Below, piece by piece: positions 26,501 through 40,640 of a stretch of DNA of 64,000 nucleotides. The stretch is from the human T2T-CHM13v2.0 reference genome, Homo sapiens. Below the pieces are notes generated by a model. That model saw only the letters and a list, made by a program, of their open reading frames with translations, had not been told where the DNA came from and made no database searches. The stretch lies in the NCBI RefSeq assembly GCF_009914755.1, contig NC_060932.1; one strand, written 5' to 3'. Within the stretch, counting starts at the first letter, position 1, and each line of letters starts with the position of its first letter. The position numbers and the translations under genes are program-made.

Positions 26501-29500
26501 TATTTTCATGTTCAACCAGTACATAAACTGTTTTAAATTCACAATATTAGGTATGCATTCTTATAGGATGTGAAAGTTTCCCAAGCCACTGGATCAAGGT
26601 ATATATGTATGTGGAGGTGTTTCTTACCCACATCTTTTCTTTCTTCTTCTGGTACCTTGGAGAATCATCTCCCTCCCACTCTCGGGCCATTGGTTCCTAT
26701 AAGCCAACATTATCTGCCATGAGGGATAGGAAGTGACTCTGGCCTAACTAGAGACTGCATCTCTCTGGCCACAATGATAGTAGTATTGTGCTTTTCAGAA
26801 TATTAAGCATACCTTTTCAGCTGTTTATTGATGTTTTACATTGGAAAGTTGTACATCTTTTGTTGGTATTTGCTAGCTGATATCTCTTTGGGAGTTCTTA
26901 TTTTTTAGTCACACTTATTGAGGTAAAATTTGCACATGATTACTTTTTTCAGCTTCTCAGCTAACTGAGGCCATCATTTTTCGTTCAGGTGTACTCACTG
27001 TTAGATTCAGTTTGATCTCCTCCCTTTGGTTATTTTGAGAACCAAAATAGAACTAACCACTTAAGTTAGTTCTAATCAGGGTATGTGTTCTCTCAGCACC
27101 TACATCAACCTGGCCATTAGGCTCTCTCAAGCAGGAATGAACAAGAAGCTGTTCAAGGGAAGGCAGATTCTGTCTTTGTGGGCAGAGGCCAGTCAGCTGA
27201 GGTTTGAGAAGACATTTCTAGGATTGAGTAGAAGGCTTCTCTGACTACGGAATTTCTACGTGTTGCTGCAGTTCTTCTCTAGAGCCACAGGATGGAACAA
27301 CCCCTCCCAGGCAACAGCAGGCTGATGAGACAGAAGGTTCATAGAGGAAACTTCTATGCTTCTGCTGGCCAAAATCCTCCTCCTTTCTCCCTAATCAATG
27401 GCAAAATCCTAGTTTTTGCTGAGCTTGAGGAGGTGCAAGCTCTTTCCTCTGTCATTAGGTCTGTTGGATTTCCTCTGGCACCAAAGAGAATGCAGCTAAG
27501 CACTTGTGATTGTGGCATCAACTTTGACTTCAGATGCTCCTTCCTAGCCCTGCCAACTCTAACCTGATTGTAGTCTTACAACACAGAGGAAGTTGAGGGA
27601 AACAGAAGGTCTCGTAGGTTCCAGGTCCTATCACCCTGAATCTCAGGTAAGTTCTTACCACTTAATACTGAAGACTCTTTACCATCTAATTTCATCACCT
27701 GGCACTTTGTCACATGTGTCCTTTTTGCTGAGCATACCAAATGGCTTTACATTCCAGGTGAGCTAAGCAAACATTTTCAGAATGCTGTGCCTTTGAACAC
27801 ATTTCTTCTACCTAAATTTGTCCCCTCCTCAGGCATCTACTCTTCATGCTTTTTTGTTCATCTGTTACTCCTCATTCAGCACTCAGCATAAGCATTTCTC
27901 CTTTTTGTAAGACTAACTGGGATCCAGTCAGTAATTCCCCCTTTATTGTTTAGTTATTTTTAGTAGCAAAAAATTTAAAAAAATCATTCATGTTTCCATG
28001 AAACCATAAATGTGAGCTAAAAACATTCTAGAACTTTTGTGTAAGGAAAACTCGACTTTTAGAAGAAGGGTATCTGACTCAAGATTTTTATCTTTCCACT
28101 CTCCTAATGTTAAGGGATTCAAGATATTTCCACCACCTTTTTCAGAGCCAGAGAATATATGAGATAAACTTAAAAATACAGAAAGAGAAGGGGAGAAGTC
28201 CAGGAGGGGAGAGAGGGAGGAAGTGAAAGATGGGGAAGGGAGAGAGGAATAGGGAGAGGGAGAACAGAATTTGTACAACACCTTCATGTTTCCTGAGGTA
28301 GCTATTCCTATTTTCTAATTGTTACCTAGAAAAGTGCCTCAGGTTCACCTTCTTTTCCATTCCTCTTGTTCATAAAAGATGTCCTTTCATTTTCATTGAA
28401 AAGGCTACTCATCAGGACCTTAACTGGGTGATCAAAGAATGTAGCACAGGATTGAATCTTTCATTTCTTTTCTTTCGGTCTTCTTGTTGGTATTTTCTCC
28501 AAATTCATAACTCTTACTCTTTCTCTTATGGAAATTATTGGTACTTAGCCTTTATTCTTTGGGATGAGAACTTTAAAGTGCTTCTCTCCTTAGCCATTCT
28601 AGGCTTAAGTTTTTAAATGCAAGCAAAAATAACTCTGAAGCTCAATATTCACGACATCACTCTGCCATCTCCACTCCCAACTCTCAGGTATTTAGAAGAA
28701 ATACTTAAGCTTTTGTCATTGGCTTGCTTTTATTCATATGAAATATCTTTACTGAGGGGGTGTTAGTTGGATAATACTATGAATTATTGAGTGGTAAGAC
28801 TTATTAGGACAAGAATTTTGGCTTTGCTTTTAAAATAAATTTCTCAAATCCTAGAGTTCCTTTTCTACCATCGCCGAATGCAGTAATCCATCTGTGAGCC
28901 CAATACTTATAACTAACTGAAAAGCATTGCTTGGTTTTGGTTTGGCAACTTAAAAAAAATGAATACAGTACTTTAACATGATTTTGAGAAATATGTGTAT
29001 ATACATATATAGATAGATACATATAGATAGAAACTAGCCAAACTAAAAGTTTTCCGTTTTTGTAGAAGATATTTAGTTTTCTATTTTTGTAGAAGATAGC
29101 GGAAATTTATAATTGTTTTTCTGAGTGGTAATTTCTCTGTCATTGGTCACAAATAAGGTGGGTTAGATCATCTGGGAAGAGGCACTGTGTTCTTATTCCC
29201 CAAAAATGTGGTGAATACCCTAACAGCAACTCTGGTTAGAAGCAGGCTGGGAGTATAGGCCAGGAGCCTTTAGGGTTTTACATGAGCTAGTCAGCCTAGT
29301 CAGTCATCTTGATATTTTGCAAATATTTTCTTTCTTGTGCACCAGAGATTGGAGAGACGAAGGAGACAATTAAATTGTGTTTCTTTTTGTGGAAACTTAA
29401 TTCTACAAAGCTTTAAAAGACTAACCACAGTTCCAAATATGATTGGCCTATCTTTATTCACATTTGTTTTTAGACATTGAACAGGCTTCGTCTCCTAAAA

Positions 29501-29895
29501 GTTACAGATATTGAGTCCTGAGAATATTGCCTTGAGAATCCTGCTAACACAATTTCTAGTGTTGGTACCATGTATAGCAGAGATTGGATGAAACTTTAAC
29601 TCTTACATCTGAGTATTAAGCAAGCAGTTCCTTAAAAGACTATCTTTACATTTAGCAACATAACCTCATAACCTTCTTTAGAAACTAAATTTCATTGGTG
29701 CTACTTTTATGATTCCTAATACAAAATTTAAATGATATTATAGAGATTTGGGGATTATGAATTAGAAGTACAAAGGTTGTAATATTATTTAATATTTATT
29801 AAGCACAAGTGATTTGATCCTGTGCAGAAAGTGAGGTTGAACTCTCCAGCATCAAGTGACCTCTTACTTTCTGTCTCCCTCTAAAAATTGTCACC

Positions 29896-30525
29896 TGAAT
29901 TAGTTGTGTAGGGTGACCATAATAAAGTGCCAAACAGGGTGGCTTACACCACAGGAATTTATTCTTGAGGCTAGAAGCCCAAAATTAAGGTGTTGACAGG
30001 TTTGGTTTCTTCTGAAGGCCATGATGGGAGAATCTGTTCCATGCCTCTTCTCTAGCTTCTGGTGGTTTGCTGGCAAGCTTTGACATTCTTTTGCATCTGG
30101 AAACAGCACTTCAATCTTCACATGATGTTCACACGCCTTCATTTTCACGTGGCATTCACACGACTTCCTTGTCATGTGGTGTTCACATGCCTTCATCGTC
30201 ATGTGGCGTTCACACGCCTTCATCTTCATGTGGCATTCACATGCCTTCATCACATGTGTTTTCACATGCCTTCATCTTCACATGGCGTTCACACGCCTTC
30301 ATTGTCACATGATGTTCTTCCTGTGTGCTTGCATGTCTCTTCACATGGTCTTCTTTTATAAGGACACCAGTCATATTGCATTAAGGTCCTACCCTATTCC
30401 ACGATGAGCTCATCTTAACTAACTATGTAAGATATGACCTTTTTCCAAATAAGATCACATTCTGAGGTACTCAGGGTTAGGAGTTCAACATATAAATTTT
30501 AGGGGAACACAATTCAACCCATAAA
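29896..30525 (-). mobile_element. MLT1B/C MaLR LTR containing a minisatellite
   Basis: gggtggctta..., aggacaccagtcatattg, cacaattcaacccata. Confidence 0.88.
30110..30317. repeat. 27-bp minisatellite, about 7.7 copies, consensus GCCTTCATCTTCACATGGCGTTCACAC
   Basis: Units start at about 30108, then 30135, 30162, 30189, 30216, 30243 (25 bp), 30268 and 30295. Confidence 0.93.
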
Positions 30526-33500
30526 GCATAAAGAAGTGCTTTATGAAGATGATAGACATTTCTGGGGCAGTAAATTCTACTGTAATAGCTGCTCCTTTGA
30601 ATTGTGTTAGCTCTAGTTTTCTGGGTCATATTTGAAGCTCCATAACCAATGGCTATGGTCTATAAAATATTGTTGGTCTTGTATTCATATCTGAGAGGAA
30701 CAAAACTAGTGCTTCTAAGTCCTAGCTGTCTGATCTTACAATAAAAAGGTAAGGCTGCTAGGCCAACAAAACATAGAGTATCTAACAGAGGGGTTTTCTA
30801 TGTGTAATTGTAGCACCAATTTCTAATTCAGGTACATTACTCAATTTCTAAACTCCATGTGTTTCTTTGGTTTTCTGAATACTTGCTATAATGTCATATA
30901 AATCTAAATAAACTAGTCTGAAACTGAAATAAAAATCTGAATTTTAATATATAAATCTTCTCTGTGATAAATAGTTCACTTTCTCATCACTAGTGATTGA
31001 GTCACTTTCTAGTGATCTCAGCCAAAAGATTATAGTAGGAGCAGAGCCAGAGATTGAGCTACTTACATGCTTTCATGGCCCTTCTTGGTCTGGGGTCAGG
31101 CACTGTGCCTAGGGAAGCCAATCTCAGCACAGCGTGGGTTGGAGGGACAAGGCATACTGGTGGCAAATGTTCAGTTTCACACTAAGGGCTTCTCGAAAGG
31201 TTGGTAGTGTTCACAAACCCTGAGACTATTGGTGATTTTGATATGGGAATCTAGAATTTCTTCTCCTGTAACCATTATCATACCTACAAAGCATGTTTTC
31301 TTAAAAATTTCATCTTTCAAAGTCTTCTCGTGACCATTCTTTTGTGGCTGAATCAGCCTTACATTACCATTAAATAATTGTCCCTCTAAAAATAATCAGC
31401 CATGTAAAGATTTCATCCATCCCCTCAGCCATCCTCTTTTGAGACCCATTAGCCTAACACTGTGTCTATTCCTTGATACTTTTGTTGTTGTTGCTTTTGC
31501 TCTTATCTAAATTAGATTAAGTTACATAAGTATCTGTCGGCATTTGCAATATTTTTCCCCGAAATAGTAGCATTAGAGAGTGGTAATTTTGCTCTTATTT
31601 GAATTGAAAGCCATGTTTTATTACAGAGAAAGTAGAGATAATTCTGCTAATTTGTTAGCGACTTATTAAGATATTCACTATTTTGGGGGGACTTAACATA
31701 TTTTAGCTTGTGTGAATGTGTGTGTATGTGTGTGCATATGCTCATGTATGAGACTATGTAACCAGTTTATATTATGAACCAGAATAATAAATGAATCAGA
31801 AAAAGGAAACTTTATCCAGCTGTCTCTCCTTTTTTTGAGGTACGTGTGTGGGGGCTGGTCTTGGGCCTTGTAGTTCTTATTTGTGGAAAGGATACTTGAT
31901 GTTTTACAGTACTGTATATCTGAATTAGTTCATTCCTCCTGTGTTTTGGCCATTGTTCATTGCCACATTAAGAGAGAAATGGGTTTCCATTGAGGGCGAA
32001 TGATATTGTTGTTTAAAGTAAAATTTCAATATCAGTGTAATATGAGATAAAGGAAATGTCTACATGATTTCTGGTCTTGGAGATTGTTGTAGAAGAATCT
32101 CCTGACATGATATTTTGTATTTAATTTACAGGTCTAGAGACCATTGAAAAATTAAACATATTTTACTTGATTATTCCCACTTTAATTTGATAGGAACATG
32201 AGATCTGGGAAAATCCAGTTTTTAAACTAAGTTTGTTATAGATTTTATTTGGGATAAACACAGAGAGAGATGACTGTTATTGTAATAAGGCAGACAGATA
32301 AGCAGGAGGTAGCTATTCACGCTATTCATATGGTAAGATAAGAGGGTCCAGCTGCTTCCAGCTTTATGTTACGTTTGCCTGTTGCAAGCAGAGCAGCCAA
32401 ATGGGTCTACCTCTGAACAATTTTGATCCTGTCAGTATTGACCACATTTATCAGAATGTTGTGTCCATATGATTAATCCAGGAGCTTTTGCTAAATATGC
32501 CTTTCTTCTCCACCACTGATTTAGTCAATCTGTGATCTTATAAAGTGCGAGCTACATTTTTTTCTTGCTTAGGAACACTCTGCATTTCTGTCTCTTAATA
32601 GATAATTTTTATCAGGTAACTTATTCTGAAAAATGGATGAGAAAAAGTTGTTTTCTAGCTTTTCATATGGCTGATGTAAACAGTATATTTTACAAAGTTG
32701 CTTACACTAAAAATGCCAAAAGGTGCTTCTTGGTAGAGGTGGGGAAATATTTAGCCTGCCAATACTAATGAAGCTTCAAGACCTGCCCCTTAACACCATC
32801 CTTTCTACCTCTCACCATGCCTTTATGAAATTCTAGAACAGCCTCTGCCACTGACTCTTCTATAATCACTTTTATCGTATTTTCACCAGACTGTAGGGAT
32901 ACATTACCAGCAAACAAGCAACCCAGATGGTTTTTAAAAAGAAGAAAGGAGTGGTCATTGGTTAACTTTTCATGTATTTTAAATGCAGCAAAAGTGGCTT
33001 CTACTGCTTGAAAAATATCTGAAAGATAACTACGGAGCTTATTAAGAAGGGAATTTCATTTAATTTAAAAATGGTAAAAGCTCAACAGTAAATATTATTG
33101 ATATTAGAATCAGACAGCCAGGCTTTATAGTGTGAATAATTACCTGCCTCATATTCAGAGACTCCAGAATCTAATGCCTCCTCCATTCTCAAGTCTCTTT
33201 GTAACATGTAAAGTCCTTTATGCCCAATTTAATTGAAACATTTGAATGAATTTGTCGTTCCAAGGATCAGCCACAATCAAGATAATTTTATGAACCCTTA
33301 CTTGTAGATATTTTGGTCACGTTGAAACCACCAGTGGTCATTTAGACATGTCTAAGAAAATTTTCCATGTGCATGTATCATACCAACTATGTAGGCAATA
33401 GTCTTTACAAGGAATAAAAATTAACAGTTATGAATTATTTCTTACTCCTTGAGTAAGAAAAGTTGATTTCTTTTTCCACTCTAAGACACTGTACCTGAAA

Positions 33501-34072
33501 TATAAGCCAAGGTCCCATTAGTTGGGAAGCACATGGGTTTATTCATCGGCCCTACTGCTGTGACACACAGTCTCAAGCTGGCTGTGCAGCTGGCCAACCA
33601 GCCAATGTTGAGTATGCGTCCTTTTTGTCCAGCCCTAGTTCCCCTTCCATTTCAGGCTTCTCATCTGTCAGGGGTAAATCTTCTAGTCTCGCCTATCTTA
33701 CAGATGCTATTGTGCACATAAAATTATACATGTGAAATGCTTCTAAAATTTTAGTGTGCCTGGAGATATTTTACAATGTTACTGTCCAACCTACCATTCA
33801 ACAGGAAGACTCTCTGAACCACTGTTTTTTGTAGACATCTCTGCAATCAAAGGAAAAAGCATTAGTCCAAAAATAATGGTTTTTGGAATCATAACAATGA
33901 ACTAAAGCGTGAATTTTCTTTTATTTAGGGCAATAATGCTAGACTCTTGTTGAGCAAGTAGAATAAAGTATGATTCATTTTGTCTATAAGTAAACCAATA
34001 CCTATTCTTTTGTGTAACAGACTGTGTCTTGGGGTTATAAGGTGGTTTTAATTACCCTAGTCTTCTTCACAG

Positions 34073-34183
34073 GATTGGCCTTTGCTGTTCTCTCATCTGT
34101 GCACCCAGTGTTTGGTTTATATGGGTCTCTGTTTCCTGCCATAATTTATGCCATATTTGGAATGGGACATCATGTTGCCACAG
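34073..34183 (+). CDS. SLC26A7: SLC26A7 internal coding exon (111 bp, phase 1 to 1), (G)[36 protein letters not shown](G)
   Basis: Acceptor tcttcttcacAG and donor GTaata. The peptide matches the N-terminal SLC26 sulfate-transporter signature region (GLY..FP..Y..FG...H...G) and I recognise it as SLC26A7. Confidence 0.96.
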
Positions 34184-34364
34184 GTAATAATTCCTATGTT
34201 TATGCTTCTAATGTTACTCGCAAAAAAGACTTAGTGATTATTACTGATTACATCTCCTTAGCAGTGTTAATGTCACTGCTGAAAACCACAGCAAATATTA
34301 GAGGAAGATATTTACTCTCCATGCATCAGATAGTCAATATACACTGTGGTTTATTGCTATATTA

Positions 34365-34616
<252 letters not shown>

Positions 34617-34824
34617 TTACAATGAAATGAGAGAAAGTAAGTACTTGGGAGGTAAGACTACATAAAATATAGCTACTCAAAAAACAGTGAAAAATATTTT
34701 ACATGTATTTGATATGTGGACTAAATGATGATCTTTAGGTTTATTCCAGGCTAGTTTATACAATGCTCTTTACTTGGTGTAACTCTTACCTTACCTACCT
34801 CTATATTACCAAAGAAAATATGAG

Positions 34825-35045
34825 GGGTGATTTGGTATTAGATAAACCTGGGTGCATATCTTATTTGTTGTTTGCTATTTACATGGTCTTAGGCAAAATT
34901 TTAAGCTCCATTGCTGCTTTCTTGATAGCAAAATTACCTTCCAAATTCTAATGATTATAGTGAGAACTAGATAATTGATATACAGTGCCTAATTTAATAC
35001 TTGCTACATAATAAGATTTAATAAAGTTAGCTATTATTATTATTA
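34825..35045 (+). mobile_element. MIR SINE
   Basis: agataaacctgggt...ggtcttaggcaa...aataaagttagctattatt. Confidence 0.65.
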
Positions 35046-35207
35046 CAAAAATGGTATCTTAGTCTTAACTATTAAGGAAATAATAAAATAATTTTAACTA
35101 AAAATATCTATAGAGACATTTCTATTTATTTGGGGATTACATGATCTCAGCCTCTAAGTAATAATATTTCTTGACCATTTCTTCAATGGTCATTTTGTGT
35201 TATTGAT

Positions 35208-35714
35208 TGTATCAGTTTTCTGTTGCTGCTGTAACAAATTACCATAAGTTTGGTGCTTAGAACAAGATAAAGGTATTATTCTACAGTTCTGCAGCTCAGA
35301 AGTCTGAAATGATATTCACAGGACTAAAACTAAGGTGTCAGCAGGGCTGTGTTTCTTTCTTGGGGGCTCTAGGGGCAATCCATTTTCTTGACTTTTCTAG
35401 TTTCTAGAGGCTTCCTGCATTCTTTGGCTCATGGACCTTTCAACCATGCGATATGTAAACATGCAGTATCGCATCTTCAAATTCTCTTTGACTCTGATCT
35501 TTTGCCTCCATTTTCCATGTTTAAAGGACACTTGTGATTACATTGGGCACACCTGGATAATCCAGGCTGCTCTTCTTATTTTAAGATCAGCTGCTTGGCA
35601 ACTTTAATTTCATCTGCAATGTTAATTCTCTCTTACCATATAGCATAACATACTCACAGGTTCTGGGGATTAGGATGGGAACATATTTGAGAGGTCATAA
35701 TTCTGCCTACTACA
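35208..35714 (-). mobile_element. MLT1D-like solo LTR with perfect TSD TTGAT
   Basis: tgtatcagttttct...ttctgcctactaca. TTGAT at 35203-35207 and 35715-35719. Confidence 0.9.
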
Positions 35715-35829
35715 TTGATACACATATTTTCTGTTAACATAACATTTTATTTATGTAGATTTGGCTTTTTAAATCAATTAATTTTGTTATGAGGGAAGGA
35801 ACAACACTTATCAATCACTTACAACATTT

Positions 35830-36048
35830 CTGCCTAAAGTGTGGCTCATGAACCAGCAGGTTCAGCATTATGTAGGAGCTTGTTAAAAGTGCAAAGCCTT
35901 TATTTCCATCTCAGGCCTACTGAATTAGAGTCAGCACTTTCATAAGATCTCTGTTTTTATTTAATCTGTAGGTAATATAGTATATATATGTGTTTATATG
36001 TTTATGCATATTTGTGTACGTATATATATTTAAGTTTGAGAACCATGG
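35830..36048. mobile_element. MER5A DNA transposon
   Basis: aaagtgtgg...accagcag...gagcttgttaaaagtgca...cctactgaattagag...aagtttgagaacca. Confidence 0.75.
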
Positions 36049-36960
36049 ATGTTCTATTTATTAGGTAATTTATTAAGAGCTTTACATATGTTATTTTATT
36101 TTGTTCTAGCATAAGCCTTTTAAATAGATATTATTACCTTTACATTGCACGTGAAAAGAAAACACTAAAATTCAGAAAGTTTCTGTGAGATCACAGATTA
36201 AAAGTCACAGGTGCATGGATTGCAACCCAGGTGCGACCAAATCTAAAGCACAAGCTTTTAACTTTACAACTCACTGTTCAAGAATAAGCTTTTCTTTTGT
36301 ATTGATGCAAAAAAGAGAAAAGCACAATAATTAATTATAAATTATTAAAGCCTATTTTTTCAATTATCTTGCTTCCTAATTTCCTAACGATTTCTTTTCA
36401 TTTTTCAAAACATTTAAACATATCCTTAGCAATAAAAAAGTTGTTTTAATACTAACCTCTAAAAACATTTTCTCTGTTAAACCCAAGATAAAAGAAAAAG
36501 GCAAAACAAGTTTGTCCAATATACCATAATTGCTTTAAGAAAACAAAAATACACAATTTGAACATACTTAAATACGTACTTACACAAAATATTTGATGTC
36601 CTAAGGAATCACTGTAAACATTTTACAGATATTTAACTGAATTACTTTGAAATTACCATTTACATAAGACTCTATATTTAACAAATTTTTAACAGCTGTC
36701 AGAATCTTATAGTCTACTTGATAAATAATATGCATTTCAAAATACACATAATTTACAGCCTTAACTGTAGTCATTCAACATTAAAGCCGGAGACTAATTC
36801 TGATTTCCCTTCTGTTAAGTCGAATGAGCTACCACACAATAAATGCTAGAGACATTTTATTTCTGCATTTGTACTTCACCAAAGACAGTCAGCTGGGCTT
36901 TCCTATTAGTTTTTTATCCCAGTATTTAGGATTCTTTGGGTCATTAAAAAATAAATGATA

Positions 36961-37258
36961 GGCTGGGTGCGGTGGCTCACACCTGTAGTCCCAGCCCTTT
37001 GGGAGGCCGAAGCAGGCAGATCACAAGGTCAGGAGATCAAGATCATCCTGGCTAACACGGTGAAACCCTGTCTGTACTAAAAATACAAAAAATTAGCTGG
37101 ACGTGGTGGCGGGCACCTGTAGTCCCAGCTACTCAGGAGGCTGAGGCGGGGAGAATGGTGTGAACCCGGGAGGCAGAGCTTGCAGTGAGCCGAGATGGCG
37201 CCACTGCACTCCAGCCTGGGCGAGAGTGCGAGACTCTGTCTCAAAAAAAAAAAAAAAA
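36961..37258 (+). mobile_element. AluY-family SINE
   Basis: Full dimer with Y-type gagaatggtgtgaacccggg and gagcttgcagtgag. Confidence 0.93.
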
Positions 37259-38019
37259 GAAGATAATTTTCCCTTATTTTGCAACATATATATGTCAGGG
37301 AAAATAGACTAATTATGTTTTGACCTTCCTTTAATCTTGGACATAGGGACTGAGTGTCACCAATAAGTTCCTGCAAATTAATATACAGAACTTACTTCTC
37401 TTTAAAATAATTTAATTTTGATGCATATGCATCCCACTTCCACAGTATTATTAAGATATTGATGTTACTTTCATGAAGAAAAATTACTTTATTTGGGATT
37501 TTGCCTTCAATTTAGATGGCTGGAATGCAATGCTGACTTACTAAATACAATAATAAATTATGTTAGAGGCATCTTTAAAAGTAAACAATTCATAAAATCA
37601 GAGTATAAAGACATGAAACATGCTGTTTTGCTCAACAATGTGAACTTTCTTATTTTAATTTAAAATAGGTTTTTTTTTTAAAAAAAGGAATAAATCAGTT
37701 GATTACTTTTTGTGGCTTGCAAAGAACATATATTGGAATAAATACACAACAGTAAAAAACCTGGGTATTAATCCAATGGCAACAGCATTGTTGTAGGAAC
37801 CAATGTGAGACAATTGGATAATCTTAATTTTTCTCTAAATTAGGGAAATTTATTTAAAGAGCAAAGTTTAACAATTTAGAGAGGATATTGTGGAGACTAT
37901 ATAAGGCACTTTTCAGAAGCAAAAATAAACAATTATTTACTGATGGATTATAATATGATAGGACTTGAGACAGTGTTTTTTTAAAATATGAAATCTCATT
38001 TATTCTCTATCAAAATTTT

Positions 38020-38155
38020 GTAATAGGTATTTTATCATCATTTTACAAATAAGGAAGCTGAGAGAGGTTAGGTAACTTGACCAAGATCAGAGGTTCATAT
38101 TAAGTAGAGCTGGGATTCGAACTTGGGTCTGTTTAACTCTAGGGCTCATATTCAC
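38020..38155 (-). mobile_element. MIR SINE
   Basis: attttacaaataaggaagctgagagaggttaggtaacttgaccaag...gggattcgaac. Confidence 0.8.
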
Positions 38156-40467
38156 TTCCTATGAGACCCTGTGACCCACAGTACTGTTGAGCTATCAGGT
38201 AGAAGTAGTGGTATATAAGGGTACCACTAATAGGCTGAAAGCCTAACCAGGGTAAAATGTTGAGCAAATGAGGCAAAGATAGAGAATTAGTAGAGAGGAG
38301 ACAAAGACAAAGAAGAGACCTATAAATAGATAATATAGAATGTCATCCACAACAGCCACACATATTCACTGGCAGTCCCACTTCCCTTGATTGGCCTTCA
38401 TTATCTCAGAAACAGCAAAGCATTATCCTTGCTAAAGAAGCAGTACTCCCATGTCCACATTGGCGTGGTGGATATGCCTGTACCCATTGCTGGCAAGTCC
38501 TCTCTCTGGAGGTGTTCTTGAAATATGACTCACACGCAGGTGAAGCTTCCTTTTGTTCCCCTAACAAAGCCTTTTAGATGGCTTTCTCTTTTACTGTTCG
38601 ATTCCTTCCCATCTTCCTCCAAATCCCAGGAAAAACAGGCCTAAATTAAAAAATTAACTCATCTATATGTTTTTAAAAAATTCTGTAGTCAATTTGTTCA
38701 GTGGCTTTTGTACAAAACATTTTGCTCTGTGCTCTAGGAGATTTAGACACCAAAAGACAAACCTCTTTACTCTCAGAAGTATCTGATTTGATCTCCCGAG
38801 CATCGTGTTGTAATATAACCTCGGAAATATGTCCTATCAAGACCAGATTCTATGGTGAATATTCTCTACTTGGTGTTTCCCATCCTGGGTGCTAGAATCT
38901 CATTTCTAATAATCAGTTATATTACATTAGTTTCTTGATGTACTCTTAATTTAGTATTTTGTGATAAGGACAGTGGTCATGATTTATTGATGATTTATTG
39001 AGAATGACTTATCTCACTAAAAGAATGTTATTCAATCTGCTGTCTGTATTTATGTACCACCAACTCTATGGAACAGAGAAAAACATACAATGATAGACCA
39101 TAACAGAGCATTCTGACTTTAGTCTTATTAAAAATTATATGAATAGCTACCATTTATCAGGTGTTAACTACATGTCATCTTCTATGATATGTGCTATATT
39201 ACATTATTTAAGCCTCATAACAATCCCATTGGGTGAGGAATGCTGTTTATAGACAAAAACATTGAGGTGACAGTTCTGGGATTTTAGGCCAGGTTTTTTG
39301 GAGGCTACAATCATCATGTTTTTCTGAATCCATAGCATGTACTGCCTCTCTTATCTAGTAAGACCAAGTATTGGCTGTGTTGAATTTCCATTGAGACCTG
39401 TTTCTGTTTGACTCATGTCTCTCTTGCCTTATGCTGCTTTGTGCATGGTTTGTGTTGGGTTGTCTACATGTTGAAAAGGCCCTTTTCATGAAATCTCACT
39501 TATGACCAGAAGCAAAGTAAGATCTTCAAGTAATGAGAGCAAATGTTTGCACAATGCTGCAGTTTGTTTCTATAACCCAAATTTGCCAACGCCTCTTTGA
39601 GAGAATCAGCATTTCCATGTTCACCAGGCTGCATTCTCAGGCATGCTGTGCCAAGATGAGAGGCTTCAGAACTCTTGACAGGAAGAGGGGAACACACTGA
39701 AAATGGTCCCACAAATGTGCAAGGCCATGGCAATTCTTGGAAAATAACACCAAGCCTTATCTAACAACAGTAGACAGAAATGGTATGTTTAATTATTTTA
39801 TGGGCCACAATATGTTGTTATACAATAATAAAAATATACTCTGCTATGAGACCACAGAGGGTGGAAAGATTAAGCCTAGTTGGGAGGATCTGGGATGGAC
39901 CCTTATTAGATATGGGATTTGAGCCAGACCTTGAAAAACAAATAGGATTTGCACAGGTAGAATGAAGAAGCAAGCATTTCAGGGAAAAAGCTGAATTTAC
40001 TGAGGTCTTCATACCTATCATCTCATTTATACTCCCCTTAAATACTGAAATGTAGGCATTATTACTCCCATTTTATGGATAAGACCATTTATATCCAGTG
40101 TAATGTGCTTTAGGTCACATTATTGGTAAATTGAGTGGTTGAATTTAAATCCAGGCCGTAATCTTATTTCCTGTACCAGGACATTCTTTATGCCAATCTG
40201 CAGAGAGGTGGGAAAATGTCTGAACCAGGAGGGAATAGCAAATAGATGAGTGGCTGTACGTTGAATGAATAAGCATATATGGAGGTAAGTTTCCATTTCA
40301 TCCATGGAGAGAGGTGAAGAGTGGAGAAGCAAGGCCACAGAGGAGGGGACAGTGTTTCTAATAGATCTGTTTGGTTTCACAATGTAGCTTCGACAGAATC
40401 CCACAATTTTTATTGAGCCTTTAAATCAAATTACTAATAGAAGATTCCCCACACCACTTGGTTTCAG

Positions 40468-40640
40468 GCACCTTTGCCTTGACATCCTTAATATCAGCCA
40501 ACGCCGTGGAACGGATTGTCCCTCAGAACATGCAGAATCTCACCACACAGAGTAACACAAGCGTGCTGGGCTTATCCGACTTTGAAATGCAAAGGATCCA
40601 CGTTGCTGCAGCAGTTTCCTTCTTGGGAGGTGTGATTCAG
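40468..40640 (+). CDS. SLC26A7: SLC26A7 internal coding exon (173 bp, phase 1 to 0), (G)[57 protein letters not shown]
   Basis: Acceptor tttcAG and consensus donor CAG|GTAAGT. Branch-point-like TACTAAT at 40432-40438. Frame continues from the previous exon. The loop carries two N-glycosylation sequons (NLT, NTS). Confidence 0.96.

Noticed and set aside
29900-30407. ORFs with a 9-aa Cys/His repeat (KACEHHM..) resembling a metal-binding protein, or a CRISPR-like array
   Set aside because: These are translations of the 27-bp minisatellite inside an MLT1 LTR. The units are contiguous with no unique spacers, and the DNA is human with no cas genes.
30550-33900. Repeat-poor stretch that might hide an exon or enhancer
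   Set aside because: I found no ORF with SLC26 or other homology and no convincing splice pair. Regulatory function cannot be judged without conservation or chromatin data.
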